Below are positions 1 to 11,420 of a stretch of 64,000 bases of DNA, piece after piece. The position numbers and the translations under genes were made by a program. This DNA comes from Octopus sinensis (Eukaryota). The stretch covers positions 101,990,001-102,054,000 of the forward strand of contig NC_043001.1 of assembly GCF_006345805.1 (NCBI RefSeq), read 5' to 3'. Numbering within the stretch: position 1 is the first letter of the stretch; each line of letters begins with the position of its first letter. The notes under the pieces are model-generated. The model saw only the letters and a list, made by a program, of their open reading frames with translations. It searched no databases and was not told where the DNA came from.

Positions 1-1
1 G

Positions 2-770
2 GACCGTATCAGTGATCTTGAGTTATTGGAAGGCTCTTGGTGTAAAAGTATAGAAGCTCTTGTGTTAAAGCAAAGGCTCAGATGGAGTGGTCAGGATGAA
101 GGATTCAAGGATGCCAAAACAACTCTTTTATGGAGAGTTAGCTAAAGGAGAACGACCTCCACATAAACCAAAAAAGAGGTATAAGGACTTACTGAAGGCT
201 TCCTTAAGAGATGCTTGCATCTCTCCTGACACATGAGAAGGCATAGCTATTGATCGTAGCAGGTGGAGAAGGATTGTGCATGAGGAGACGGCCACGTTTG
301 AAAAATCTCGAGTTGCACATGAGAAAGTAAGGAGGGATGTCAGGAAGGGCATTGCTGTTACACTTTCAGAAGGGAAGGGTCTTCCTTTGATTCTGACATG
401 CAATGTCTGTACAAGACCCTACCGCAGTAAAGCTGGACTCATGAGTCATCTTTGTAGTCATAAAGCGAGACAGATGAGTGACAACCTGGCCACTGGTGTT
501 GGTGTAACACACCATACTAATCATATCTGTTGGGAATGTGGAAGAGAGTGTAATTCAGCAGGAGGACTTAAACGACATGCAAAGGTACATGAAGCCCAGT
601 TACAACTACAGCCGGCTATTGCCGATGAAGGTTTTAGTTGCCAATTCTGTACAAGACATTGTAGATCTTTAGCTGGGCTAAAAAAGTCACATTCGATCAC
701 AGCACCAGTAACAGTTAAGCTTCTTGCAATGGTCATACTCGATAACGAGGGGGCAGCTATCATGCATGTA
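2..770 (+). mobile_element. RTE-clade LINE 3' end (RT C-terminal region plus three C2H2-like fingers), disrupted
   Basis: Manual translation gives SIEALVLKQRLRWSG / RMKDSRMPKQLFYGELAKGERPPHKPKKRYKDLLKASL..DRSRWRRIV, typical of RTE ORF C-termini, with a frameshift and an in-frame TGA, then CxxC-x12-H-x3-H fingers in ORF 276..812. Confidence 0.85.
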
Positions 771-789
771 TGGATGTCTTCTATTTTTT

Positions 790-1175
790 GGTTAGTAAAA
801 ATCTTCCAGTGAGGAGGGAGCCAGTAACAAAGATATAAGGCTCCATCTTTGGGATGTTGTTAATGCAGACAAGTTCACATTTGGAACTTGAGAAAAGTCT
901 TGCATATTTTTACTGTTCTACATACAGATTGCATTTGTAATGTATGAATGAACCAGATGATTTCTCTTTCTGAAAATCCCAGTTTATGCAGATTCTCCTT
1001 TAAGCATTTACTAACAAAACCTAGTACTCCAATTATTATTGGTAGGAATATGAAATCATAGTCTGGATATAGAAGCTGGAGGTTTTGAAGCAGTTGTCCA
1101 TAGGCATCCTCTTTCTCTTTGATTTTCAATGAGATATTTATATCTTCAGGGCAGCTAACCTCTATGATGTTACAT
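790..1175 (-). mobile_element. R4/Dong-type non-LTR retrotransposon 3' end (restriction-like endonuclease domain + 3'UTR)
   Basis: ORF 875..1204: IIEVSCPEDINI..KEKEDAYGQLLQNLQLLYPDYDFIFLPIIIGVLG..VKICKTFLKF matches the RLE C-terminus; homologous to the copy at 23.5 kb; flanked by (TGTA/TGCA)-type repeats. Confidence 0.8.
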
Positions 1176-2141
1176 AACATTGCCCCTAATATGTATGCAT
1201 GCATACATGCATGGACAGACGGACTGATACATCTTAACTATGCTTGTGTTTTACAAATTTCTCCCTGATACAGAAAGAACCTGTTCCTAACACAGAAATG
1301 AGACTCTTTGATATGTATATATAATATATGTGTATGTATAAATATCTGTGTTATGTGAATAACATATATATGCTAGTATGAATGCTTGTATATGTTTGTA
1401 TATGTACATATATAATCAAATGTTACACTGAGTGAAATAAAACAATCCATTCTGAGAAGGTAAAAGATGGACAGACGAAGATCTTATCCGGAGTGTGTTT
1501 TTAGTCATTTTTCAACAAAACATTTTAACAGTGCACATATAAACACAAAATTAAAACTAAAGCAATGACAGCATGTGTGTGTAAATTTTTATGTGTGTAC
1601 TTCAGTGCGGAATTGCAAATAGATAAAAGATAAGGCACAGACACCAAGTAAAATGATGCAAACTCTGAACAGCATTTCATCAACTGTTGCTGAAGACTGT
1701 AACAACTTCAGCATGTTTAACAACAGGATTGCTCGATGCAGTGTGCTAGTGGATGTATAATGGAGGACACTAGGGAATACAGGATGATGTTAGAAAATTT
1801 AGGTTACGGAAAAGAATGACAAGCACGCCAAAATACTGGGAAATTTACGAGAAATGAGCTGAAGTAAATATTCTAAAACTGTTGTCTTAGAAAGATGCAA
1901 AAATAATTTTTATGGCTGAGATAAATAGAGCACAAGATAAGAAAAGAAATTTAAATAGAGAATGTCTTTCGAGTGGAGGGAAAAAAGCAAACCATAATTA
2001 TTGTTAGTACAGGTACTGTTAAGAGAAAGAAATGAATGGCAGGTTGTTGGATTGAAGTCCTTGACCAAAGAGAGAGGTATAACAAAAACGATAGGACTTA
2101 TAGCTGATCCAAGTTTAGAAAGAATGTGTCAGGTGTAAGTA

Positions 2142-2307
2142 CAGGGCCGGTTCTAAGGTTGCTGGTGCCCTGGGCAAGCTGAACTTCGGCATGTATAAGC
2201 TGACGGTTGTGGAAATTTCCTTGTCTTTGTCATGCCCTCCCTGGCGCCCCCTAGCATACAGTGCCCCGTGTGACTGCCTGAGTTGTCGGTACCTTGAGCT
2301 GGCTTTG
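2142..2307. mobile_element. hAT-like MITE
   Basis: Imperfect TIRs CAGGGCCGGTTCTAAGG / CCTTGAGCTGGCTTTG, GC-rich body in AT-rich context, flanks TGTAAGTA / CATAAGTA (6/8 putative 8-bp TSD). Confidence 0.5.
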
Positions 2308-3526
2308 CATAAGTAGTAGGGTTATGGGAGATCAGAAGAGCCTTTGTGAAGGGGATGGACTCGGACAGAGCAGATGAGGAGAGAAAGAATGAAGATAAGC
2401 AGATGAAATGAGAGACAAAAAACAAGTGAGACACAAGCAGAGGAATAAGAAGGACAAATGATCATACAAGCATATGCATACACATACATACATATATGCA
2501 TACGTATACACACACACATACACATGGATATACATATGCACACACAAATGGATAAAATAAATAAAATGTAAATAAATAAAACAAAATAAAAATGGACTAT
2601 CAATGTTTTGGTAGCAAGTCAAAATGGAAGCATTTCATCCTTTTAAAAGGACAATTTGTCTTGGTGGAGCAATTTAAAATCTGCAACCAATAATAAAAAT
2701 TGATTAAATTTGTGGCTCTCTGATATTTTATTACTTGCATTTCTTTGAAACAATACTTCTTTGATTCATTAGTTATGTACAATTGCATTGTTTGAGATAT
2801 TCTTTCTTATCAACTCCTTAGCGACAATACATATTGTGGACTGGACAAAGAATTCAATTCGTCATGGCGTAGACTCTTTTGAAACAATGAAGAAACGATT
2901 GGATGAAAAGTCTTTTATTCAAGGAATTTCACTTGGGGAATGGAATTTGAATTGATCAATTTGACTGATTATAAAATTGTTTGAATTAATCATAGACCAC
3001 ATCATAAACAATATGAAAGCATACTTAATAAGACAAATGATCTTGTTGTGAATGAAGATTCTTTTAGATGTTTCCATCTCAGACAGAATTTCTTACTTTC
3101 AACGATGCAAAGTGAATAAATTCCAAGGTTTTGAAGAGAACAAAAAGATCTCTGAGATGGTTTCAGATGCTATTTTCAACAGACCATCTTATCTTAAAGG
3201 CTCTATTATAATAAAACTCAGAGTAGACAGGTCTGTACGATTTTATCTCTTGTAATGGTTTTAGAATTTTTAAAAAATGTTTCTTTTCTGTCTTTTGTGC
3301 AGAATGAGACACTACAAAGACTAAAAGGAAAGATAAACTAGAATGATGGCTAAATGATGAGGCATTGGGCAAGGAGACTGAAGTTACTTATTTCAAATGT
3401 AAATGTGTAAATCGTTATTTTCTTAATGATTAAGGTTTCTTAAATGGAGCAAATTAACAGAAATGTGAAAATGCTGGTCAAATTTGCGAAGCATTTAACT
3501 TCATACATTGAAATTATCAACTACTA

Positions 3527-3680
3527 CATGGTCACCTGGTTACGGTCAAACAACTGACTAGCAAATCTGTGGTATTTGCTGCAACCCATCTTTTATACCA
3601 AGACAAACAACGTACATGATAACATTTCCAATAAGTTAAGATCAAAAGCTATGAAAACCACTGCCTGGTACTGCATCAGG
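3527..3680. repeat. Truncated copy of the ~560-bp (TAA)n-associated interspersed repeat
   Basis: Aligns by eye to 31843-32126 and (reverse complement) 33856-34413; ends at a (TTA)n tract. Confidence 0.65.
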
Positions 3681-3759
3681 ATATTATTATTATTATTATT
3701 ATTATATTATTATTATTATTATTATTATTATTGTTGTTGTTGTTGTTATTTTATTGTCT

Positions 3760-4050
3760 TTGTACAGCTTCTAACACTGGAGATTTACTTTGGTGAACTA
3801 AGGTAACACCCCTTATTTTTTGAGCACCATCCAGAGTATTCGAACGGTTCCAAGCAGTTCTGTTTTCTGCAAGTACTCTACCCTTACTGCAGCCCCTATT
3901 TGTTTCATATAATTCTCAAGATTTTTAGTCTCTGTTCCCAGGGCTCCAACAGTTATTGGTACTACTGCCACCTTTTTCAACGACCACAACTGCTTAACCT
4001 CCCAAGCTAACCTATCCTATCTAGTGACTTTTCTTTCTTCCTTATCTCAT
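3760..4050 (-). mobile_element. Dong/R4-like LINE 3' end abutting (TAA)n
   Basis: Minus-strand translation KKEKVTR*DRLAWEVKQLWSLKKVAVVPITVGALGTETKNLENYMKQIG..LQKTELLGTVRILWMVLKK* matches the Dong/R4 RLE terminus; followed by a short UTR and an (AAC)/(AAT)n tail. Confidence 0.8.
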
Positions 4051-4744
4051 ACCTTGTCAGCTGGGCATGCTATATTTATGACCCAGCATTGTTTATCATT
4101 ATTGTTATTGGTTCTCGAAACAACACGTGTGTTATTTCCCTACATATGGCACTATTTTTCTTCAGGGTACTTGCTAAAAGGAATTATAATATTCGATACC
4201 CGGGAGTACTTTACATGCACAACATTTTCAGTTTCAAAAAGGCCACCAAACACAAATATGATACAGAACAATTAATGTCAGAAAAAAAGCAACATAAAAA
4301 GAAATGAACATTTAAATGACCAATCAATGCATAAAAATATTCCAAACAATCTAAGAAATAATTTTGAAGACAGCGGCAGTAATAACAACAGTGGAGACAT
4401 ATGCCTTTCAAATTGTTCATATTGTAGATGTGTTAAAGCTAATCTTGCCTCGCTTGTATAGCAAATAAGATAATAATTCATAGGGTGCAAGCAGAACAAC
4501 GACACTTCAATCAATAATGTATACTATTCATTCTTAACAGATTCTGGCAAATTCAAATGGGAATATTTTGTCATATTTTTTATTTATTTATTTATTTACT
4601 GTCAATGTAGAATTTCTCCCTTTCGATGAAGTGTGTTCATAATTCACGTGACTCGCCAATGTAAGGGGACTTTCAGACACACTGCAGTGTTTTGACCTTG
4701 TTTTGCTCCGCGATACATTTCAGAAAGGTTGGGTAAAGAACCAG

Positions 4745-5570
4745 GCATGGATGATACCCTGATCAATTTAGATCAATCGGAAGCTTTCGATAGGGTCGAA
4801 TATTCAGCAGCTATCCTCGAGGCAGTTAGGTTCGGACTCATCTTAAAAAGCTGGATCACTGCAATATAAAGTGACATTTGCTTGGAGGTCAGAGCAAAAA
4901 TGGCCATCATTCAGTATCATACATTCGGGTCCATTAAGGTAATCTCTCTCTCTGCCCATTTTTACGTACCGATCCTAGAACCACAGTTGCCGAAGCTGAA
5001 AGTTTTGAAGAGCATCCCAAGAAAACTAGGAAGCAGAGAATCCGTATTTGCATATGCAGACGACGTCACCATCATAGTTTCGAACACCAGACACATCGAG
5101 ATGGCTGATACTAATCTAATGGAATACAAGGCGTTGGAAGGAGCAAAACTTAACCAGGGAAATCGTTGGGCCTGCAGCTCGACTCCTGTAGAGGCAGGTT
5201 CATGCCATCTAACAGCATCATGGGACACTGGACAAGTGGATCTGTTGAATTATCCGAGGTTTAGTTTGGTACAAACCGATAGGTGGACAAAAACTAGGAA
5301 GACAAGCAGTGTGGTTAATCTCGTCCAGAAATGGTCCAAGAGGAAACTGTCGTAAAGGGTCACTCAGAGATATGAATGCTTGCATCACATCCATCATATG
5401 CTTCTGCCTGACCATCGTGCGTTGCCCCACGTCACGGCTGAGCAGAATGGAATACTTATGCTTCCTCTTTCTGAAGAAAGAACGGACGTATACCGCTGAT
5501 CAGAAGAACCTTTTGATACAAACAGCTGCTGCGTGGAGGTCTGATAGAAACAACGAGTGCCAAGAAGGCA
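4745..5570 (+). pseudogene. L1/Tx1-clade reverse transcriptase relic
   Basis: LINLDQSEAFDRVE at 4759, FAYADDVTIIVS at ~5050, LVQKWSKRKLS downstream; stops and frameshifts. Confidence 0.8.
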
Positions 5571-5789
5571 TTATTTTCTTTGTCATATTGCTGAATTGTA
5601 TTTGTGTCTTTGGGCACGTATAGAGTCATATTCAATGAATGCACACACTTGCATACTCACATTTTTGTACCTATACAAACACATATACACATGTAACGGT
5701 GATTTGAAACCTGACTTCTAGATATTCAGTTAGACATCACGAGTGAACCACAATAATTTCATGCGATCAATCTATATTCATATATTCTG

Positions 5790-5811
5790 GTATTTTTCGA
5801 TATTATTATTA

Positions 5812-5847
<36 letters not shown>

Positions 5848-6090
5848 TTACTGCCTGGAGTCGAACTCAGAATCTTGGGGTTAGTAACCACTACGCCATA
5901 TGCCCGGGAATTTTTTAGGGCTTATAAATCTAATATTCTCCTATCCTTCCTTAATATTGGTTCCCATATGCTACTCATATCTGCACTCAGTCTGCTGGGG
6001 AGGTTGTTGTGTCCTAGCGTATGTGTTGCTTCTTTTAGTTTTCCTATTTTCCAGTAGTGTTCTCTTTTAACTTCATCTCACAGGGGGAGG
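5790..6090 (-). mobile_element. Penelope-like element fragment (ORF end + tRNA-like head + (AAT)n), inverted relative to the 7.2-7.9 kb copy
   Basis: Reverse complement aligns with ~7510-7815 (AGCATATGGGAACC..TTAGATTTATAAGCCCTAAA..TGGCGTAGTGGTTACTAACCC..GAGTTCGA); truncated before the ribozyme. Confidence 0.8.
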
Positions 6091-6441
6091 TCTATATATC
6101 AGTCTATATTCATATATCAGTCATATATATTACTATATAATATATTCTATATTTCATGCACCACAGCTTCAGATTGATCTATCAATCAATCTGAGGCTGT
6201 GGCGTGATATGGTTTTCTCGAATGTTCTTCTTGGCTCTATAAAAAACCACTTTGGTTACTTTTCTAATTGTAGTGTTGAAGAGGACAGACTGACTCACAC
6301 CTCTACTCTGACTATATAGACGGTCTGGGAGACTTACGCAGACAACTCCAGGTTCTCAGACAGACACACTCTGAACATTCATACAATGTCTCATTAGTAA
6401 GTTCTATGGACGCGGCACAGTTTCTCTCTCTTTATCTCGCT

Positions 6442-6481
<40 letters not shown>

Positions 6482-7164
6482 CTCTCCCTCCCTCCCAGTC
6501 AGCAATTATTAATATTGTGCATTGTGAATAGCCAACACCAAATATCTTTATGTTCGGCAATATATATTCAGTTAAATATTCGCAAGATTGCTTCAGTTAT
6601 TATTCAAGCAGTCAACGAAATATATCTTCATTTCTCGCTACTCAGATGACAAGCAACCAGCGACACAAACATGCATGCACACATACACACTCATTCCTTC
6701 AATATATTTGATACAATTGTCAAAGAGTGCTCAAAATACTGAGGTTATCAAACGTTATCTAACACACCTGCAAGAGTTTTCACACAAAGTAGTCTGTGAA
6801 GTACATTACACCATCAGGTAAATAGATATAAATCTATCCTAGGTGTAGCTGTATTTCGATTGTGAACTCAATTTCATCAGCAGAGAAAACAGTTGTCTGC
6901 ACGTATCAGTCTTTGAAATACATATTTGGGCTGTTCTACGTTATTAGTTGCAGGTGTCAAGTTGTAGGTTCTTTGCCAACGGATGAATAAACCTTAGACA
7001 ACATGTAAGAGATCTACTATACACACAACTTGTTCCATAAATATTCTCAATATATCATTATGTAATAGTCAAAGACTGTTCTATAGTTTAAAGAGAGCTA
7101 AAATTTTCTAAGATACAAGGATATATACAAGTATATTCTTGTATATATCTCTGAGTGATCCTTC

Positions 7165-7687
7165 ATGAAGAAAAGAGAGGATGAAACCAATAAACTGTTC
7201 ACAGTCTGTCTACCATATGTGAAAGGCCTTTCCGAAAAGATACAAAAGATATGCGGCCCATATGACATCAGGACAGTATTCAAGAGTAATACAACATTTC
7301 ACAAATACCTCCTTTGGGTAAAACCACCAATAGAAGAGAATATGACCAAAGACTGTGCATACTCCCATCCCATGCAGCTGTGGTAGGTTATACAAAGGTG
7401 AAACATGCCGCCCCCTCAAAATAAGGGTAGAGGAATGTTGCAAAGCTGTGACACCAGGAGATACGGATAAATCGGGTATAGCTGATCATGTATGGAAAAA
7501 TGGAAACCACCTCTTCCCGGGGGATGAAGTTAGAATGATAGACAGAGAATACCACTGGAAAATATGAAAACTAAAAGGGACAGCACATATGCTTGGACAC
7601 AACATCCTCCTAAGCAGACCGAGTGCAGACATGAATAGCATATGGGAACCGGTATTAAAGAAGGATAGGAAAATATTAGATTTATAA
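7165..7687 (+). pseudogene. Penelope-like element ORF 3' end: linker + GIY-YIG endonuclease
   Basis: VCLPYVKGLSEKIQKIC..IRTVFKSN..; PCSCGRLYKGETCRPLKIRVEE..KSGIADHVW..; ends WEPVLKKDRKILDL*. Frameshifted. Confidence 0.85.
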
Positions 7688-7952
7688 GCCCTAAACTTCA
7701 CTCCGTAATTGCCCCTGGGTATCTGGCGTAGTGGTTACTAACCCAAAGATTCCGAGTTCGATTCCAGGCAGTGACCTGAATAATGATAATAATAATAATA
7801 ATAATATCGAAAAATACGAGGTTCGAAATTTCCCAAGACACCTGATGAAGGCTGGAGGGTTTATCAGCCGAAACGTTGTGTTAACAACAAACAAAATGAG
7901 GACAAATATCCTTCAAATGTAAATAATGTACCTAATTCCTCATCTCTCAAAT
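7688..7952 (+). mobile_element. PLE terminal repeat: tRNA-like A/B-box head, (AAT)n, hammerhead ribozyme, ~70-nt tail
   Basis: A box TGGCGTAGTGG 7724-7734, B box GAGTTCGATTCC 7754-7765, hammerhead 7837-7882; directly follows the ORF stop. Confidence 0.8.
7837..7882 (+). ncRNA. Minimal type I hammerhead ribozyme (family 1), intact core
   Basis: Stem I GACAC/GTGTT, core CTGATGA, stem II GGCTG/CAGCC, GAAA, palindromic AACGTT stem III. Confidence 0.75.
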
Positions 7953-8179
7953 ATAGAACTGTAAGTTCTTGTTGTCCTTAAGCTGTAATCTCCAAACAAC
8001 AGCAGTGACATTTTACCTCCAATAACATAGAAGAAACCAAATACATATTTAAGTCACTGCTGTATGCAGACAGCTCTGTTCTTCCTTCACTGATTGCAAC
8101 ACGGCTGGGGCTTGGGTAAATTCATGTATCTTACTTTTGATATATTGTTCTTCCTCGGATATTTTGTATGTATACGTTT

Positions 8180-8447
8180 GTCGCCTGGCCCTTGTGCCGG
8201 TGGCACATAAAAAGCACCATCTGATCATGGCCGTTTGCCAGACTCGTCTGGCACCTGTGCCAGTGGCACGTAAAAAGCACCCACTACACTCATGGAGTGG
8301 TTGGCGTTAGGAAGGGTATCCAGCCGTAGAAACATTGCCAGATCAGACTGGAGCCTGGTGCAGCTTTCTGGCTTCCCAGACCCCGGTTGAACCGTCCAAC
8401 CCATGCTAGCATGGAAAGTGGACGCTAAACGATGATGATGATGATGA
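8180..8447 (+). mobile_element. SINE-like repeat with RTE-type 3' end and (GAT)n tail
   Basis: GTGCCGGTGGCAC..AAAAAGCACC modules, GGTTGGCGTTAGGAAGGG..CCATGCTAGCATGGAAAG..(GAT)n. Further copies near 21703, 34740, 39380, 39775, 41930, 43935, 45440, 46950, 57241 and 62885. Confidence 0.75.
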
Positions 8448-9299
8448 TATATATATTTACTCACACACAGATGTGTGTTAGATTGTATATATGTGTGTAT
8501 TAGATTAGTTAGATTATATGTATGTGTGTGTGTATGTATATGTATGTATACTTCATTTACCAGTGTTTCATCAATATCAATATAATTGATTTTGTGTGAT
8601 GATGCAACCATGCTTGCACAATGGATTCATAAACTCCATCCTTTGATATTTGTCATTATATGTACACAGTATGGCGGCGAGCTGGAAAATTCATTAGCAC
8701 ACCCAATAAAAAGCTTTTCATCCATCTTTGAATTCTGAGTTCAGATTCCACCGAGGATAACTTTACTTTTCATGCTTTCAGAATCGATTAAATATGTACC
8801 AATTGAGCACTAGTATCTATGTAACTGATAATCCCCTTCACACAAAATTACAGGCTTTGTGCTTAAAGTGCAAAGGATTATACATACCGTAGGGGATAAG
8901 TTTAAATGTCTTTAATGCCGGCCTCACGTATATATATTTATACACAAACTGAATAATAAATGGAAGTGGTTGAGGGACATTAATTCATATATCTACATGC
9001 ATTTGCGAGGGTTGTATGTTAGTTGTTAACCCCGATGCGTTAGAACCAGTGTAGTGTGTTGGTGCTGTGTAAAGATGTTATTGACGACGTTGGTGGGAGA
9101 CATGGAGGTTGCTGTAATGTGGTCAGTGGTTAGACCTTAGAAAGTCTAGAACCAACAGACCTTGAGACTAGTAGGAGGTGGGATTTAATAGCTGACGGTA
9201 GGCTCAAATGTCGTTTAGAACAGACTATCTCACATGATTTATGTGGAGGCTGTGATTGGTTAGGTTGCATATTGGTGTATATATATATATATATATATA

Positions 9300-9455
9300 C
9301 ACACAACGGTTTTTTTTTCGGTTTCCATCTATCAAATCCACTCCAAGTCTTTGGTTGGTTTGGTTGGTTCGATGCTATAGTGGAAGACACTTGCCCAAAG
9401 CACCATACAGTGAGACTGAACCCGGATCCATGTTGCTGGAAAGCAAGCTTCATAG
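9300..9455 (-). mobile_element. tRNA-derived SINE (CORE-like domain) fragment
   Basis: GAAGACACTTGCCCAA..CAGTGAGACTGAACCC, the reverse complement of the family at 14435-14610. Confidence 0.65.
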
Positions 9456-9689
9456 CTAAAATAGTTTTTCCTCGTAGAAAATCCTTTTACAACAGAATTT
9501 CCCTCATAAATCTTGAGTTTTGTTTTAATTTCGGCCCGGGTCAACTCTGATGGAGCAAACCTATGCTCTAAGGTATTCTGGCATTCACCATCTTTTCTGC
9601 ATGACTTCTCATGATTTAAGGTAATTTTGTTGCTATTTCTAGCCAGTTGGGTGAGTTGAGAATATCAATGGTTATTAATTCACAAACTT

Positions 9690-11420
9690 CAGCCGTAAGA
9701 GACTTGAGACTGAAATTTGTGCTTTTCTTCACTGAGTGATAAAAATACTTTGACTAAGGACGTAACACTTTGTTGTGTAGAAAAGTCAGAGTACAAAGAT
9801 ATGAGCCTTAAGCATCGTAGTTATTGTGTCTTGTCAACAGGTACATGGATACATGTGTATGCTAGAAATACAATGTGCCAAGGGTAGACAACATACAACA
9901 TGTAGGCATGATACAGGTCACAAGTAAATGTTGCAACGCTATACTTAGCAGGTCCGTAAACGATTTTTTGTTTATTCCAAGAAATCTTATTCATTATGAA
10001 TCACGAATGGTGTCTTGTTACATGGGTTGAAGGTTCTGATTTATTCCAAATCAAACATTGATGCACACTAGTCTCAGGAAATGGAACCATCTAATTAATA
10101 TGTATTAGATATTCTCTTTGTGTACGCACGTTTCCAGGTGAGATAGTTTAAATGAGTAAACAGAAATAGCGTTGCTGTGTTTTAAGAAAACGAATCCATG
10201 ATCGAAGAAAATATGATACATTTTAATAAGATACGTTTAATGGGAAAATATTTTGATTTGGTTGTCACCGGAGTAACGAAGTTATACTTTGGGTGAGTTG
10301 AGAAATGGAAGAACAAGAAATTTGACGGAAGTTCCACATATAAAATATTTATTTATCGTTAACCAAATAATGTGTTATTACGATGCTTGACAGAAAAGAA
10401 GATATTTAAAGCCAGTGAATCAGTTCAGCTGTTTGTGTAAAATGTGTCCCAACACAGACAGTTGAGTGAGTGGTGAGGATTCTAGTAGTAACACAGTTTG
10501 AGTTATATCAAGCCTACCATCATCATCGTCATCATCCTATTTTGAGGGACGTAAATTCTTGCAATTGACTGCTTGAGCTGTATCGCCACCACTGGTAGTT
10601 AGAAGTCAGTTTTATATATAGGTAATGGTCTGTCAAAGAGAAAAGTGATGAAAGAAAATTGTTTAAGGTATCCTACTTCTACCAGAGATTTGAGTGGTCA
10701 GTTCTTTGCTGATGCCATCAATCGTTAACCGAAAATGATGCTTCACATTTTCGAAATTTGATTGGCTTGCAATCCTGGTAGGTCTTGTTGATATTACATC
10801 TCATTTAAGTAACTTAAGTTTACAATTTTAAGGAAAAAAAGTCAATTTATACATGTGATCTATGCTCATATTCTAACATCTGAAAGAAAACTGATGGCTG
10901 AAATTATGGGAAAAATGACTTCAAAAAGGAAATAGAGCACATATTCTCACTTTTAGAAAACCGAAGAACAGGATCCAAGCATTTTTGTGAAATAGTTCAA
11001 GAATAATAGAGTTTAGTTTTTGTTGATTTTGCTTGTATGCCAGGTTATTTACTACCCTGACAGATGAGGAAATGAAGACTGCACCAGGTAATTATCAAAC
11101 AGAATTGATTGGGATGTTGTTTGACAACATATTAAGATAAAAATTTTATTCTAAAATTGTGTTAGTTCTTCAGTTCTTTAGAAATATATTCATCTAACTG
11201 GAAAATGTACCTAGTTATTCATGCAAAAAGGAAGACAATATTTGGCAGCAGTTATTCAGGTGATCAATTACTTTCGAAAATGAAGTAGACTAACAACTAC
11301 TTAAGAACAAAACTGACTGAAACCCAACCAGACAATGTCTTGTTACAAGCTTCAGCAAATCTGAAAACCATTATTGAGGTGGTTCCAACCAACAAACAGC
11401 ATCAAGTTTTGCAGTGATTC
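9690..11420 (+). pseudogene. hAT transposase relic (SPIN/GTF2IRD2-like)
   Basis: Colinear decayed motifs: KFDGSST (TDG), DWLAILVGLVDITSHLSNLSLQF, KTAPGNYQTELI, IFGSSYSGDQLLSKMK*TNNYLRTKLTE..NKQHQVLQ* (hAT dimerisation domain). Many stops. Confidence 0.75.

Noticed and set aside
2820-3260. Short protein-like frames and other isolated splice-like signals (also 18.4, 25.6, 26.1, 29.4 and 37.1 kb)
   Set aside because: No consistent acceptor-ORF-donor chain and no recognisable homology.
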